The position numbers and the translations under genes were made by a program. Positions 52,486-63,929 of a stretch of 64,000 bases of DNA are shown in pieces. The DNA lies in NCBI GenBank assembly GCA_036918135.1, contig JBALDB010000046.1, positions 32,001-96,000 of the forward strand, in the 5' to 3' direction. The stretch comes from Nostoc sp. Lineage in GTDB: Bacteria > Cyanobacteriota > Cyanobacteriia > Cyanobacteriales > Nostocaceae. A model generated the notes under the pieces. It made no database searches. It was not told the origin of the DNA and worked only from the letters and a program-made list of their open reading frames with translations. Numbering within the stretch: the first letter of the stretch is position 1; the number at the start of each line of letters is the position of its first letter.

Positions 52486-53830
52486 TTTAAAGCTCCTTCA
52501 ACGATCGAACCATCAATCACGTACATGACAGTACGTTTTAGCACATAATTTATTAAATATTTAAAAATTAATTATTTTATAATTTTAAAAATTAGAATCT
52601 GCGAGAGATATACTACAGCTTTAACTAAAATCTGGATGCTCTAAATTTGGGCGATCGCTGTTTAATATCAAGCCATTTATCAACTTCAAAGTCTGCACTT
52701 GTATATTTTGACTACTAGTTCTAAGAAGGAGCATAATTATATAATTAACCATATATCCAAATCCTGTTAATCAAAGTTTTAAATTAACTGTTGTCTATCA
52801 GCTAAGTGCTAGCTAAAGCAATACTATGCTTTCAGATTGCATACCTTTGTAAATAAACTTAGTGAAGCTATCAAGCCTACAAGTTGCACTTTTTGTAGAC
52901 ATAAATCCGATATAATTTTATATCGACAGCTTAATTAATTGTTTAATTAACCTATAAAAATACTCATAGGAGCGAAATTAAAAAAATTCAAATCAATTAT
53001 TAGTTAGAAAATTAATAAAATATATTTTACTGCCTAATATCATTATTTCATTTTTAAGAAAAAGTTAAATTTTTAACTCAGAGAATCTTGCTTGCGAATT
53101 TTTATCAAATAAAAGGACGGAAATTAATTTAATATAGTTTCTCATTGCCAAGACATATTTAGTCCTTTATATAGATACTTTTTACTCATTTAGCAAAAGT
53201 AATTGTATTGGCAGATTAATTACATTTTTGAGGCTAATACTCTAGTAAAAATTGCTACTAGTTTTCTATGTACTAATGAGCTTCTCAATAGTAAATAAAT
53301 TCATACATTATTCATATTATAATTTAATCAGCGTTGTTACCGTATAATTACCTAAATTGCCTACATTTTGCTCGACAATTTGTTAAAATCTTAATAGTGT
53401 GTTACAGAACTATTAAAACATTAAACATAGCATTTGAATCAAATGTTTTTTTGGCTCATTACACTGTACTTAACTAATTTTTTTGCTGCTTATAGAAAAA
53501 ACCAACTGATTATATCGCTTTACAGTCGGGAATTAGTTTTTTTAGCCGTAGGAAGCAAAACTGAAAATTATCTAGGAACTTAGCTTATAATTGCAGCAAT
53601 TAGAATTAGGATTTTTAGTTATCTGTTTAAGAATCCTAATCATCAACTTTTGTTCCTTGAAACAGGTTATAGTTTCTTTTCAGAATTTTGCATAGCTTTG
53701 CCAGATACAATAAATGTATTATTTAATCTATGTATAAATTTGTGCAAAATTTAGCTTGCTTTTTGATATAGCTTTGGAGTCAAAATAATCAAGGTATTTG
53801 TTCCACTTCTTAAACTGGCTAAAAACTTCT

Positions 53831-54403
53831 ATGATTCCTCACGAAAGTGATGCAAAGCAAGAGCCTGCGTCGTTAAAAGTATGGCGTAGTTGGCAGGAAA
53901 ATCTGATTTTAGTGGCGATCGCCTTATGTTTGGCACTCTTTATTCGGACTTTTATTGCTGAACCCCGTTATATACCTTCTGACTCGATGTTACCCACCTT
54001 ACATACTGGCGATCGCTTGGTGGTGGAAAAAATCTCCTACCATTTTCATCCCCCTGTAACTGGGGATATTATTGTTTTTCAGCCACCTGTAGAACTACAA
54101 CGTCGAGGATATCCCCAAAACCAAGCCTTCATCAAGCGAGTGATTGGTCAGCCTGGTGAGGTAATTAGTGTTGTTCAAGGTAAAGTTTATCTCAACAGTC
54201 AACCCTTAGTAGAAGACTACATCGCTGAACCAGCAAATCAGCCGTATCAACCAGTGAAAGTTCCAGAAGACCAATTTTTTGTCATGGGAGATAACCGTAA
54301 CGACAGTAACGATTCTCGTTATTGGGGCTTTTTACCGAGAAAAAATATTATTGGTCGGGCAACATTTCGCTTTTGGCCTCTCAATCGCATCGGATTTATT
54401 TAA
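53831..54403 (+). CDS. lepB: signal peptidase I
   Basis: IPSDSMLPTL, FIKRVIG, MGDNRNDSNDSRYWG. Confidence 0.95.
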   Translation: MIPHESDAKQEPASLKVWRSWQENLILVAIALCLALFIRTFIAEPRYIPSDSMLPTLHTGDRLVVEKISYHFHPPVTGDIIVFQPPVELQRRGYPQNQAFIKRVIGQPGEVISVVQGKVYLNSQPLVEDYIAEPANQPYQPVKVPEDQFFVMGDNRNDSNDSRYWGFLPRKNIIGRATFRFWPLNRIGFI

Positions 54404-54503
54404 TTAGTAAGTAGTCAGTTGTTTTTTGACAACTGACCATTTTTAACAGTTAAGTGTAGTCAGAAGTGAGGACACCAAGTTCGCATTGCTAGAAAATAGT
54501 TTA

Positions 54504-54658
54504 AGCTGTTATGCATTTAATTTGTACATTTAATTATGTTCGCGCAGCGTCTCCTTCAGGAGAGGGTTGTCATTAGTTATTTGTATTTTCAAGTCCAGAT
54601 GACCAATCACAAAGGACGGTTTGAATGCAAAGATGTACAATCTAGACCCGTACCAGCT
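54504..54658. mobile_element. MITE with TA flanks and imperfect TIRs
   Basis: TA|AGCTG...CAGCT|TA; ends match 21/28 including the TA. Confidence 0.65.
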
Positions 54659-54768
54659 TAACTATAAAAACAGTTAAAATTTGCGAGATTGTCTCACTTA
54701 TTGATAAATACAAGAAAAATCAGCAGCCTCACATTTTAACTCGAAACAGCGTAACTCACAATAACCTG

Positions 54769-55305
54769 TTAAAAACGGAGAAAATACATTAGCTGAGCGA
54801 TCGCATCACCAGGTAGTTCTAGCCGCCGCTGGAAATCAGCTAAGTTGTGAAAAGGGCCAGCAGATTGGCGATTTTGCACTACTGCTTGTGCTAAAGACAA
54901 ATCGAGAAAGGGAATTTGTGCTAAATTTTCGACTGTTGCTGTGTTGGGATTAACTAAATGCGTAGGACGATCTAAAGATTCTTGGTCATAATAACTAAAA
55001 TTTAATAGCGGTTTTAATGGTTCGAGTCGTGGTACTGGCATACCCAAAGCCGCAGCAATATCTTCTATACAGTAAAATTTCACACCTGAGAGTGAAAGTT
55101 CTACTAGCGATCGCGCTTGGTGAATTGACAAACCCGGTAGGCGTAACCAATCATCTACAGTTGCTTGATTAGCATCAATGCGGATACCTAATTTTGCCGC
55201 AATCTGAATTTCTTCTCCAGATTGCAAGCGATAGTAGGGATCGTTGAGCAGCTTAGCACGAAGTTTTTGCAGTTTCAAGTTGAAAGGTAGCCAATTGTCG
55301 ATCAT
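54769..55305 (-). CDS. helix-hairpin-helix (ComEA-like) DNA-binding protein
   Basis: IDANQATVDDWLRLPGLS and VNPNTAT.E.LAQIP HhH repeats. Confidence 0.85.
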   Translation of the reverse strand: MIDNWLPFNLKLQKLRAKLLNDPYYRLQSGEEIQIAAKLGIRIDANQATVDDWLRLPGLSIHQARSLVELSLSGVKFYCIEDIAAALGMPVPRLEPLKPLLNFSYYDQESLDRPTHLVNPNTATVENLAQIPFLDLSLAQAVVQNRQSAGPFHNLADFQRRLELPGDAIAQLMYFLRF

Positions 55306-55315
55306 TTTCGCTATC

Positions 55316-55690
55316 TCAAGAAATTTGGTCTAGCAGTTGGCGGCGTTTTTGCTCAAATTCATATTCTGAAATTAGTCCATCTTGACGTAGAGCATCTAAT
55401 TCACGCAAAGCATCAGCAACTGCTCCTACTTGATTACTCAGGCGCTGTGAATTCCTAGAAACTGACTTGCCTAGATTAAAATTGCGATCGAAAGCTTCTT
55501 CATCTTGGGCTAAATACCAAACTCCCTCAATAGCACTAGCTATCTTAGGAATAGGCGTCCAGGAAAGCAACACATACAAAATACCCCAAAAGTGCTGTCC
55601 CAGATAAAATTTATGTAATCCAGAAATTGTCAGCGTGCCAGAAAAAGCTAGAACAGCGGCAACACTTCGGCTTTTGCGCTTAGTCAACAT
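55316..55690 (-). CDS. TM2/NINE domain protein with C-terminal SHOCT-like domain
   Basis: KSRSVAAVLA...GLHKFYLGQ...GILY; LDALRQDGLISEYEFEQKRRQLL. Confidence 0.85.
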   Translation of the reverse strand: MLTKRKSRSVAAVLAFSGTLTISGLHKFYLGQHFWGILYVLLSWTPIPKIASAIEGVWYLAQDEEAFDRNFNLGKSVSRNSQRLSNQVGAVADALRELDALRQDGLISEYEFEQKRRQLLDQIS

Positions 55691-55943
55691 ATTCCTAACA
55701 AATATACGAGTACCACAGTTGTGACAGTCAAACAGCTATAAACAATTCAAAATTTTCAATCAATAAATACAATGGTGGCAACTATCCTGACTATATTCCT
55801 AAATTTTTTTTAATAGTGGTCATATAATTATTATTTTAGTTAACTACCCTACCTTGCCTTTGCAACTTTTGGTGCAAAGTTTCACGATTTAGTGTTTGAG
55901 AATAAACTTGAGTAGGTGTCATCTGACCAAGCCCCTTTGGGGC

Positions 55944-56134
55944 GGGTGTAGAGTCTAGGGTGTAGGGGGAAGAGTCTAGCCCCAAACATAAAGGTACAAG
56001 CCCCTGATTTCAATAACGGAAACAAAGAAAGATGTGTTTCAAGATACGTAGTACGAGAAACACAATGTCCTTACTTGAAACCCCTTGTTTTAAGAATGGG
56101 GTTCCCTACACCCCACATCCTAAACCTGCAACCC
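55944..56134. repeat. dispersed element bounded by GGGTGTAGGG/CCCTACACCC inverted repeats
   Basis: Inverted 10-mers at 55958-55967 and 56104-56113 with internal AACCCC...GGGGTT hairpin. Confidence 0.55.
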
Positions 56135-56195
56135 CGTTCATTATGTATTGAGCTTTGATGCTAATTTTAAGTATTTAAGGGATCGGATTACTACG

Positions 56196-57122
56196 ATGTC
56201 ACAGACTTTCCTACCGCCAAAATGGCTTGAACAGCTTTGCGATCCTTTTGCTGTGCTAGGAATTTCCGTGACTGCTGACGATCGCCAACTTCTCAAACGC
56301 TATCACACTTTAGCAAAACTGCTGCATCCAGATGGCCAAACCAAAAGCAGCAATCCAGACCAAGAATTAGCAACGGCAATATTTAGCCATTTAATCAATC
56401 CAGCTTATGAACAGTTAAAAAACCAACATAAGCGCTTTAACGCTATAGCGATGCTACTCTCACAAGCAAGAGTCATCAAACAAGCTTTGTCTTCTGATGC
56501 CATAACTGAGGAAATTCGGCAAATGTCTGCACCCGAAGCAGAGTTATTTTATGAAGAAGCGATCGCCTGCTATGCAGAAGCGCAATACAAATCACTACAT
56601 CAGTTTTATCAAGTAACGCAACAAATTAGTATACTGAATTTAGCCTACTTACAATTGCATAAACCATATCTGTTGCTACCTGAAGAACCTCTGCCGATCA
56701 TCTCTCAGGTAGAAGTTAAGCCAGTTGAATTGACGTTATCTGAAAAAACTAATGTCAAACCAGTTTTGAAAAACTATGCTCAACGTCACTACGAGCGAGC
56801 TATTGAGTATACTAAACTAACCAACTGGACGCTAGCTGTCCGAGAACTCCGCGATGCCATCAAATTAGAGCCAAATAATAGTGATTATCACGCTTTATTA
56901 GGTTTTGTACATCTTCAACAAAAATTGTTAGGGATGGCTAGGGTTTATATCACTCAAGCATTAAAACTTAACCCGCAAGATTCACTAGCTTTGAAATGCG
57001 CTTCCAGACTGAAAATTCAACCTGGTGAAAACCCCAATCCGAAATCAATTGCTAAAGCTTTGAGTATTGCGGCCTTATTAGGTGGGTTTAGAGACGGGAA
57101 ACGTTCGCAAGTCAAGTGTTGA
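56196..57122 (+). CDS. J-domain plus TPR protein
   Basis: DPFAVLGI...YHTLAKLLHPD...INPAYEQL; C-terminal TPR (AIKLEPNNSDYHALLG). Confidence 0.88.
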   Translation: MSQTFLPPKWLEQLCDPFAVLGISVTADDRQLLKRYHTLAKLLHPDGQTKSSNPDQELATAIFSHLINPAYEQLKNQHKRFNAIAMLLSQARVIKQALSSDAITEEIRQMSAPEAELFYEEAIACYAEAQYKSLHQFYQVTQQISILNLAYLQLHKPYLLLPEEPLPIISQVEVKPVELTLSEKTNVKPVLKNYAQRHYERAIEYTKLTNWTLAVRELRDAIKLEPNNSDYHALLGFVHLQQKLLGMARVYITQALKLNPQDSLALKCASRLKIQPGENPNPKSIAKALSIAALLGGFRDGKRSQVKC

Positions 57123-57248
57123 AATTTCGGTAATAAACCGCACTCAAACCGAAGCTTGGTGATTAGATTAATTGCCTAGACTAAAATAATAAATATAAGT
57201 CAAACTATTAAGCTACTGAGTCTGGGCGCTCAGTTTTATATACGCAAC

Positions 57249-57572
57249 ATGGGATTCTTCGATTCTGAGATAGTTCAGCAAGAAGCAAAGCAGTTGTTTG
57301 ATGATTATCAAGCACTTATCAAGCTTGGCAATGGCTACGGTAAATTTGACCGCGAGGGCAAAAAGCTATTTATTGAGCAAATGGAAGCCATGATGGAAAG
57401 GTATCGCATCTTTATGAAGCGCTTTGAGCTATCAGAAGATTTCATGGCACAAATGACAGTAGAGCAACTGAAAACCCAGTTAGGTCAGTTTGGTGTTACC
57501 CCGCAACAAATGTTTGACCAAATGCACCTCACTTTAGAACGGATGAAAACCGAGCTAGAAAAACAGTCTTAA
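57249..57572 (+). CDS. DUF1825 family protein
   Basis: FFDSEIVQQEAKQLF.DYQ.L...FDREGKK.FIEQM...RFELSED. Confidence 0.85.
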   Translation: MGFFDSEIVQQEAKQLFDDYQALIKLGNGYGKFDREGKKLFIEQMEAMMERYRIFMKRFELSEDFMAQMTVEQLKTQLGQFGVTPQQMFDQMHLTLERMKTELEKQS

Positions 57573-57578
57573 CATCAA

Positions 57579-57764
57579 GTTAGGAGCTAGGAGTTAGGAG
57601 TTATAAGTTATCTGAAATTATGTCTTTAAAACTTTGTTATTGACTTGATTTATCCAAAATTGTAATCTTGCGGAACTTTGGAAAACCTTATTGAACAAGA
57701 TATGAAGCCATATCAGGTCTGAGTTAGTTAATAACTCTTAACTCATCACTCATAACTCCTAACT
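57579..57764. repeat. inverted STRR tracts (GGAGTTA / TAACTCC) between convergent genes
   Basis: TTAGGAGCTAGGAGTTAGGAGTTA ... TAACTCTTAACTCATCACTCATAACTCCTAACT. Confidence 0.7.
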
Positions 57765-59687
57765 TTAATTAGACTTGGGACGAGGAAACTGGGAAGGTGA
57801 CTTGAAGTTTTCTACTGGTACATTCTTAAGTGCCTTCTCCATAAAATCTTTCCAGATGGGAGCAACCATTCCACCACCAGTAGCATGGTCAGCTAACTGT
57901 CTATTATCGTCTCTCCCCACCCAGACAGCAGTGGTTAACTGGGGCACAGTGCCAACAAACCAAATATCTTTTTCTGAGGAAGTTGTACCTGTCTTCCCAG
58001 CAGCAGGGCGACCGATAGCAGCACCCTTACCTGTACCACTAGTAATTACTGTTCGCATCACATCGATAATCGTTGCCGAAGCCCAAGGGTCTAAAACAAG
58101 CTGCGGTTTCGGGGTGTTATCTAGTAACACGTTACCACTACTATCGCTGACACGGGCAATTACAGTAGGTGGCGACTGCCAACCATAATTAGCAAAGGTA
58201 GCATAAGCACTAGCCATTTCCAAGGGAGTGACACCAATTGCACCCAGAGGCAGAGAAGTAACAGGTTCCATCGGACTCATAATACCCAAGGTACGGCAGG
58301 TTTCGATGACTCTATTCATCCCTATAGCCTTACCAACCTTAATTACCGGAATGTTACGTGACTGAGCTAGAGCTGTACGAATTGGCATAGGGCCGCTAAA
58401 ACCGCCATCGTAATTTCTCGGATAGTACCAACCGTTACCATCTCGATAGCTGACTGGAGCATCTACCACTGTTGTATCTGGGGTATATTTACCGCTAGCA
58501 AAAGCAGTATAGTATACAAATGGTTTAAAGGAAGATCCTGGCTGCCGTTGAGCTTGAGTTGCCCGATTAAATTCACTAGTCTTAGGATCTATACCGCCCA
58601 CCAGTGCTTTAATAAAATGCGTGCGCGGATCGATTGACACCAAGGCCATTTGGTTTTTCGATAATCCTTGTCCCAAAAGTGATTGATGCCACTTAGCGAC
58701 AGTTTCCTCTGCCATAGCTTGGAAATTGGCGTCAACTGTAGTTTGCACTCGCATTCCGCCTTTAAGTAGTGCCTCACGCCCAAACTTCTTAGCCAACTCC
58801 TGCGCTACAGTATTGGTTATGTAAGGTAAAGCACTACCTTGAAAGGATTTGATTTTACCAAGTTTAATTTCTTGCTTGAGGGCATTATCATACTCTTGCT
58901 GGCTAATCCAATTCAATTCCAGCATCCGTCCGAGTACTTCTTTTTGTTTTTGTTTTGCGAGTTTCATACTCACAAACGGGCTGAATTCTTCTGGAGCTTG
59001 AATCAAACCTGCCATCATTGCTGACTCACCTAAGGTCAAATATTCTGATGACTTATTAAAGTAACTACGTGCCGCTGTCTGCACACCATAATTATTATGA
59101 CCCCAATAAACTTGATTGAGGTACATTTCCAAAATTTGGTCTTTAGTGAGAATTTGCTCTAAGCGAATGGCTAGTACTCCCTCTGCTAATTTGCGAGTAA
59201 AAGCACGCTTGTGAGTTAAAAACAGGTTTTTTACCAACTGCATGGTAATAGTAGAGCCACCTTCGCGCACTCCACCAGCTACCGCGTTAACTACTACAGC
59301 ACGTCCAACACCAGTAGGGTTAATACCGTGGTGATCGAAAAAGTGGCTATCTTCGCTTGCCAATACTGCTCGTTTGAGATTTGGGGAAATTCTATCTAAA
59401 GGAACTACTTCCCGGTTAGCTTCTCCGTGGACACTAGCTAAGAGTTTACCTTTAATGTCATAAATGTAAGTCGTTTCTGAAGGAAAGAAGTTACGTAGCT
59501 GTCTGACATCTGGCAAATTACGGAAACTAATCGCTAAACCAACCAGTCCTCCGGCTACAATGGAACTTGCCAGCATGGTGATTGATAGGAGAGTACCGCC
59601 AGTCACCTGACCAACTCCTTTCAAAAACTCAAAACCTGATGAAGCCCGACGTTGTGGCTGTTTCTCTTCAAAAGTCCTAGATGACAC
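57765..59687 (-). CDS. class A penicillin-binding protein (PBP1A family)
   Basis: [24 protein letters not shown] transglycosylase motifs; SSFK, SRN, KTG transpeptidase motifs. Confidence 0.95.
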   Translation of the reverse strand: MSSRTFEEKQPQRRASSGFEFLKGVGQVTGGTLLSITMLASSIVAGGLVGLAISFRNLPDVRQLRNFFPSETTYIYDIKGKLLASVHGEANREVVPLDRISPNLKRAVLASEDSHFFDHHGINPTGVGRAVVVNAVAGGVREGGSTITMQLVKNLFLTHKRAFTRKLAEGVLAIRLEQILTKDQILEMYLNQVYWGHNNYGVQTAARSYFNKSSEYLTLGESAMMAGLIQAPEEFSPFVSMKLAKQKQKEVLGRMLELNWISQQEYDNALKQEIKLGKIKSFQGSALPYITNTVAQELAKKFGREALLKGGMRVQTTVDANFQAMAEETVAKWHQSLLGQGLSKNQMALVSIDPRTHFIKALVGGIDPKTSEFNRATQAQRQPGSSFKPFVYYTAFASGKYTPDTTVVDAPVSYRDGNGWYYPRNYDGGFSGPMPIRTALAQSRNIPVIKVGKAIGMNRVIETCRTLGIMSPMEPVTSLPLGAIGVTPLEMASAYATFANYGWQSPPTVIARVSDSSGNVLLDNTPKPQLVLDPWASATIIDVMRTVITSGTGKGAAIGRPAAGKTGTTSSEKDIWFVGTVPQLTTAVWVGRDDNRQLADHATGGGMVAPIWKDFMEKALKNVPVENFKSPSQFPRPKSN

Positions 59688-59860
59688 GGCGATTTCACTT
59701 CCTCACTTGTAAATTTAACTGTAATTTATTGGGCGAAGCAAGGCGGTTAATTTTTTGCAATTATAGTAGTTTGGCAGATGAGAAAGTGGATAAATTGCCA
59801 GTGAATATAACCAACTTAACTTCTAGTGTACAAAGTATAGCTAACAGTGGGTCTTCTAGT

Positions 59861-61051
59861 ATGACGCAAGATATGAGTTGGTTGCGTCGTGGTGTAGTAG
59901 AAGTTTTTCCACAACCAGTTGATGTTAACAGTGAAACTCTAGAAAAGCGTTTATTAACTACAAACCAACCTTTGAGGATCAAATTGGGAATCGATCCTAC
60001 AGGTACTGATATTCATCTAGGTCATAGCATACCAGTACGAAAACTGCGAGCTTTTCAAGATGCTGGTCATATAGCAGTTCTAATTATTGGTGATTTTACA
60101 GCACGTATTGGCGATCCGACTGGGAAATCAGAGGTGCGTCGTCAGCTTACCCAAGCAGATGTAGCCCAAAATGCTCAGACTTATCTCGACCAAGTACGTC
60201 CTATTTTGGATTTTGACACACCAGGAAGGCTAGAGGTACGGTATAACTCTGAATGGCTTTCCCAACTCAATTTAGAGAAAATTTTAGAGTTACTCTCCAC
60301 AATGACGGTAGGGCAGATGTTAGCTAAAGAAGGATTTGCCGAACGCTACAAAAAAGAGAATCCGATTTTTATCCATGAGTTCCTGTACCCATTAATGCAA
60401 GGTTTTGATTCTGTTGCCGTTGAGGCAGATGTGGAATTAGGAGGAACCGATCAAAAATTTAACATTGCTGTAGGCAGAGATTTACAGCGCCATTTTGGTC
60501 AAAAGCCACAATTTGGAATGCTGCTGCCGATTTTGATTGGGACGGATGGGGTACAAAAAATGTCAAAGTCTTTAGGTAATTATATTGCATTGTCTGAACA
60601 TCCGGGTCAAAAGTATCAGAAGTTACAAGGAATACCAGATAATTTATTGGAGCAGTATTTTGAATTGTTGACAGATTTACCTTTAGATCGGCTGCCAGAA
60701 AATCCCCGCGATCGCCAAACACTCTTAGCATCGGAAGTTGTCAAACAGTACCACGGCCAAACAGCAGCTCAAGAAGCGAAAGAAGCCGCCCAAAGTGGCG
60801 GTAAGGAAGGTGCAGTTCCAGAATTCTCTTTAGCTGAGGTATCACAATTTCCTGTCAAATTAGCCTATCTTCTAAATGTGACTGGCTTGTGTAAAAGTAC
60901 AGGGGAAGGAAAGCGGAAAATTCAAGAAGGTGGAGTACGCTTAGATGGCGATCGCATTTCTGATGCCGATACCACTTTCGCTGCTGCTGCTGATTTACAA
61001 GGTAAAGTTTTACAAGTTGGCAAAAATAAATTTGTGCGTTTAGTGCTTTAA
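59861..61051 (+). CDS. tyrS: tyrosine--tRNA ligase
   Basis: [34 protein letters not shown]-terminal S4 domain; start uncertain (MTQDMS used). Confidence 0.95.
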   Translation: MTQDMSWLRRGVVEVFPQPVDVNSETLEKRLLTTNQPLRIKLGIDPTGTDIHLGHSIPVRKLRAFQDAGHIAVLIIGDFTARIGDPTGKSEVRRQLTQADVAQNAQTYLDQVRPILDFDTPGRLEVRYNSEWLSQLNLEKILELLSTMTVGQMLAKEGFAERYKKENPIFIHEFLYPLMQGFDSVAVEADVELGGTDQKFNIAVGRDLQRHFGQKPQFGMLLPILIGTDGVQKMSKSLGNYIALSEHPGQKYQKLQGIPDNLLEQYFELLTDLPLDRLPENPRDRQTLLASEVVKQYHGQTAAQEAKEAAQSGGKEGAVPEFSLAEVSQFPVKLAYLLNVTGLCKSTGEGKRKIQEGGVRLDGDRISDADTTFAAAADLQGKVLQVGKNKFVRLVL

Positions 61052-61064
61052 ATGGGAGTAGGGA

Positions 61065-61796
61065 ATGGGGAGTGGGGAATCGGCACAACAACGAGTAATA
61101 GTGGCTTTGGATATGCCGGACAAAGAAAGTGCGATCGCCCTTGTGGAGCGACTTGAGGAAGTGACTTTCTTCAAAGTAGGGTTGGAGTTATTTACCAGTA
61201 CTGGCCCGAAAATTCTAGAAATCCTCAAGTCGAAGCAAAAGCGCATTTTTCTGGATTTAAAGTTTCACGATATCCCCAACACCATTGCTGGTGCTTGTCG
61301 AGTTGCAGCCGATTATGGGGTAGATTTATTGACAATTCATGCTACGTGTGGCAGAGAAGCCCTGAAAGCTGCAACCGAGGCAGCACACCAAGGAGCTGCC
61401 CAAGCGGGTCTAAAACCACCTAAGTTAATTGCTATTAGTTTGTTAACAAGCATTTCTGCTAGACAGCTGGCATTTGATTTAAAAATTCCTTTAGAATTAT
61501 CAGAATACGCCTTAGAAATGGCATTAATGGCTCAAGAGGCGGGATTGGATGGGGCAGTTTGTTCGCCCCAGGAAGTGGCACAACTACGACAAACTTGTGG
61601 AGATAATTTTTTGTTAGTTTGTCCAGGAGTGAGACCGACTTGGGCAGACAAAGCCGATCAAAAGCGATCGCTCACTCCAGCACAAGCAATGATTGCTGGG
61701 GCAGATTACCTAGTGATTGGGCGTCCCATCACTACTGCTGCTGACCCTGAGCTAGCTTGGAAGAGAATTTGTGAGGATTTGAGTGCGATCGCATGA
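61065..61796 (+). CDS. pyrF: orotidine-5'-phosphate decarboxylase
   Basis: [36 protein letters not shown]. Confidence 0.97.
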   Translation: MGSGESAQQRVIVALDMPDKESAIALVERLEEVTFFKVGLELFTSTGPKILEILKSKQKRIFLDLKFHDIPNTIAGACRVAADYGVDLLTIHATCGREALKAATEAAHQGAAQAGLKPPKLIAISLLTSISARQLAFDLKIPLELSEYALEMALMAQEAGLDGAVCSPQEVAQLRQTCGDNFLLVCPGVRPTWADKADQKRSLTPAQAMIAGADYLVIGRPITTAADPELAWKRICEDLSAIA

Positions 61797-62422
61797 AGGC
61801 AGAAGTCAGAAATCAAATTTATGGCTTGTGGCTCGTAGCTTGTGGCTTCTGGTTTCTAATACCAAATACTTTTAATAACTCAGCATTTGCGAACAAATTT
61901 AACCCTAACCCCTCTTTGTTAGCAGAGAAGGGAAACGTCAACAATCAGCCGAAGTTCTTGTGTTCTGAGCAAGATTTAGAAACATTAATTACACATTTAT
62001 TACAAGATTTACCTAGTTACACTAATCGCGCTAGTCAACGCGCCCGTCGTCGCAGCCGCAGCGCCGATCTATACAGTTATATCCTGGTAGCAGGAAGACC
62101 TGAGTTTACTCCCTTACCCCTTAACCTGGAAGAATATAGTACAGATACTCCAGAAAGTGCTGCATCAGGAGTTGAGCAAGTTTTTTTTACTACTTTAGAG
62201 CGCCAGTACATAAGTAAGAAAGCAATAGAATTACAAGAATTTCACTGGTTACTGTTGACTAAAACTAAAAGTGGTTGGCGTCTAGTGATGATGTTTTCTC
62301 AAATCGGTGCTTATCCAAAAAAGCAGCCACCATCGCCACCACGCGATAGTAGTAATGGCACGATCGCTCAAGGAGTTAAAGCTTGGTTACGCGATTGTCA
62401 AGCAGGAAGTGTGCGTCAATAA
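61793..62422 (+). CDS. conserved hypothetical, probably exported protein
   Basis: [15 protein letters not shown]...AGRPEF.PLP...FFTTLERQY...[11 protein letters not shown]...WLRDC; ATGA overlap with pyrF. Confidence 0.75.
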   Translation: MKAEVRNQIYGLWLVACGFWFLIPNTFNNSAFANKFNPNPSLLAEKGNVNNQPKFLCSEQDLETLITHLLQDLPSYTNRASQRARRRSRSADLYSYILVAGRPEFTPLPLNLEEYSTDTPESAASGVEQVFFTTLERQYISKKAIELQEFHWLLLTKTKSGWRLVMMFSQIGAYPKKQPPSPPRDSSNGTIAQGVKAWLRDCQAGSVRQ

Positions 62423-62445
62423 GTAAATTAGGAGAATATAAAATA

Positions 62446-62898
62446 ATGTCTAAAATACTCACTCAAATTCTTTATGAACAGGATTATCAGTTATGGTTAG
62501 AAACTACATTGAAACAATTGCAAGAACGAGATTTAGAGCATCTTGATTGGGAGCATTTGATTGAGGAGATTGCAGCATTGGGTAATGAACAGAAACACAA
62601 GCTCGAAAGTTATCTATTGCAACTTCTCAAACATCTGCTTTTGTATCAACATTGGAGTCTTCCTGATTGGAAAAATCATTGGGAAGTAGAAATTGATAAT
62701 TTTCGGGTAGAACTCAGGAAATTAACCAAATCTAAAAACCTCTACAATTATCTACTCACAGTGATTGAGGAAGTATACATTGATGCATTACGACAAGCAA
62801 AAAAGAAAAGTAACTTAAATTGTTTTCCGAAAAGTTGTCCTTATACCATTGAGCAAATTTTAGATGTGGATTATTTGCCATCATTTAGCTATTTATAA
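62446..62898 (+). CDS. DUF29 domain protein
   Basis: LYEQDYQLWL...LDWEHLIEEI..LG...LLKHLL...FP.SCPYTIEQILD.DYLP. Confidence 0.9.
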   Translation: MSKILTQILYEQDYQLWLETTLKQLQERDLEHLDWEHLIEEIAALGNEQKHKLESYLLQLLKHLLLYQHWSLPDWKNHWEVEIDNFRVELRKLTKSKNLYNYLLTVIEEVYIDALRQAKKKSNLNCFPKSCPYTIEQILDVDYLPSFSYL

Positions 62899-62900
62899 GG

Positions 62901-62980
62901 CAATACGGTCGAGTTAATAAAACTTCTCTGTCAAGGCAAGGGAACACAAAGAGAAAAACAAGCTTATCTGAACTGTATTG
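62901..62980. mobile_element. IS4-type (Nezha-like) MITE
   Basis: 18-bp imperfect TIRs CAATACGGTCGAGTTAAT / CAATACAGTTCAGATAAG; flanking 10-bp direct repeats ATTTATAAGG / ATTTAAAAGG. Confidence 0.7.
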
Positions 62981-63049
62981 ATTTAAAAGGTAGGCATCAC
63001 CCACCCTATACTTTCCAAAGTTTATGGGAAAATACCAGATAGTTGTTAA

Positions 63050-63730
63050 CTAATTAGTTGACTGGATTTCGTCTAACTTGGCACGCACTGCTTGAATATC
63101 CTGCCACATTAACCATTTGGGGCCGCCTCTTTCTTTAGAAGGGTTACGCAGCAAATAGGAAGGATGAAAAATTGGCATACACAAACGTCCTTCCCACTCT
63201 AGCCACTGTCCGCGAATTTTAGTAATCGCCCGCTTATCACCTGTTAAACCTTTGAGTGCAGTTGCACCTGTTAAGAGAATGATTTTGGGGTCAACTAAAC
63301 GAATTTGTTCTAGTAAATAAGGTTTGCAAGCCGTCATTTCTTCAGTAGTAGGAATTCTGTTATCTGGTGGACGGCATTTATTAATATTGGCAATGTATAC
63401 ATCTTGCTCAGTACTCAAATTCACAGATGCCAGAATTTTCTCTAGCAGCTGTCCTGATTTGCCCACAAATGGTAAACCTGTTTCATCTTCATTTTGACCA
63501 GGCGCTTCTCCCACAACCATTATTGGTGCTTTGAGGTTACCGCGTCCAACAACAGCATGGGTACGAGTGTTTCCCAATACACATCGGTGGCAGCGATCGC
63601 AATCCTGCGCCAACTTAGTGATAGCGGAATAAGTTCCGGGGGGGATAGGAATTTTTGCGTCTGTAGGAATCAGCTCTCGTTGGTCAAAGGTTGAGTCATC
63701 AAAAAGGCTGAGTTGGGTTTCGCTGCTCAT
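63050..63730 (-). CDS. uracil-DNA glycosylase family 4
   Basis: CxxC Fe-S ligands, VGEAPG..EDETGLPFVG, KCRPP.NR, HPSYLLR. Confidence 0.93.
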   Translation of the reverse strand: MSSETQLSLFDDSTFDQRELIPTDAKIPIPPGTYSAITKLAQDCDRCHRCVLGNTRTHAVVGRGNLKAPIMVVGEAPGQNEDETGLPFVGKSGQLLEKILASVNLSTEQDVYIANINKCRPPDNRIPTTEEMTACKPYLLEQIRLVDPKIILLTGATALKGLTGDKRAITKIRGQWLEWEGRLCMPIFHPSYLLRNPSKERGGPKWLMWQDIQAVRAKLDEIQSTN

Positions 63731-63929
63731 GAAAATTACGATTTTGGTATCAGCACCAGTCTTGTTTAATTCAAGTATGTCTTTGGCTAGGTACTTATCA
63801 GAAATAGACTTCAGAAATAGACTTTTACTGAATACTTACTTATTTATACAAATCTTATTTTATCAGTTAATTTGAGACAAAATTCAGTCATCATAAAAGT
63901 AGTGCTGTTCTAAGACGCTGGGGGAAACT

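Noticed and set aside
63798..63824. 13-bp tandem duplication TCAGAAATAGACT x2
   Set aside because: Only two units in a promoter region; most likely replication slippage.
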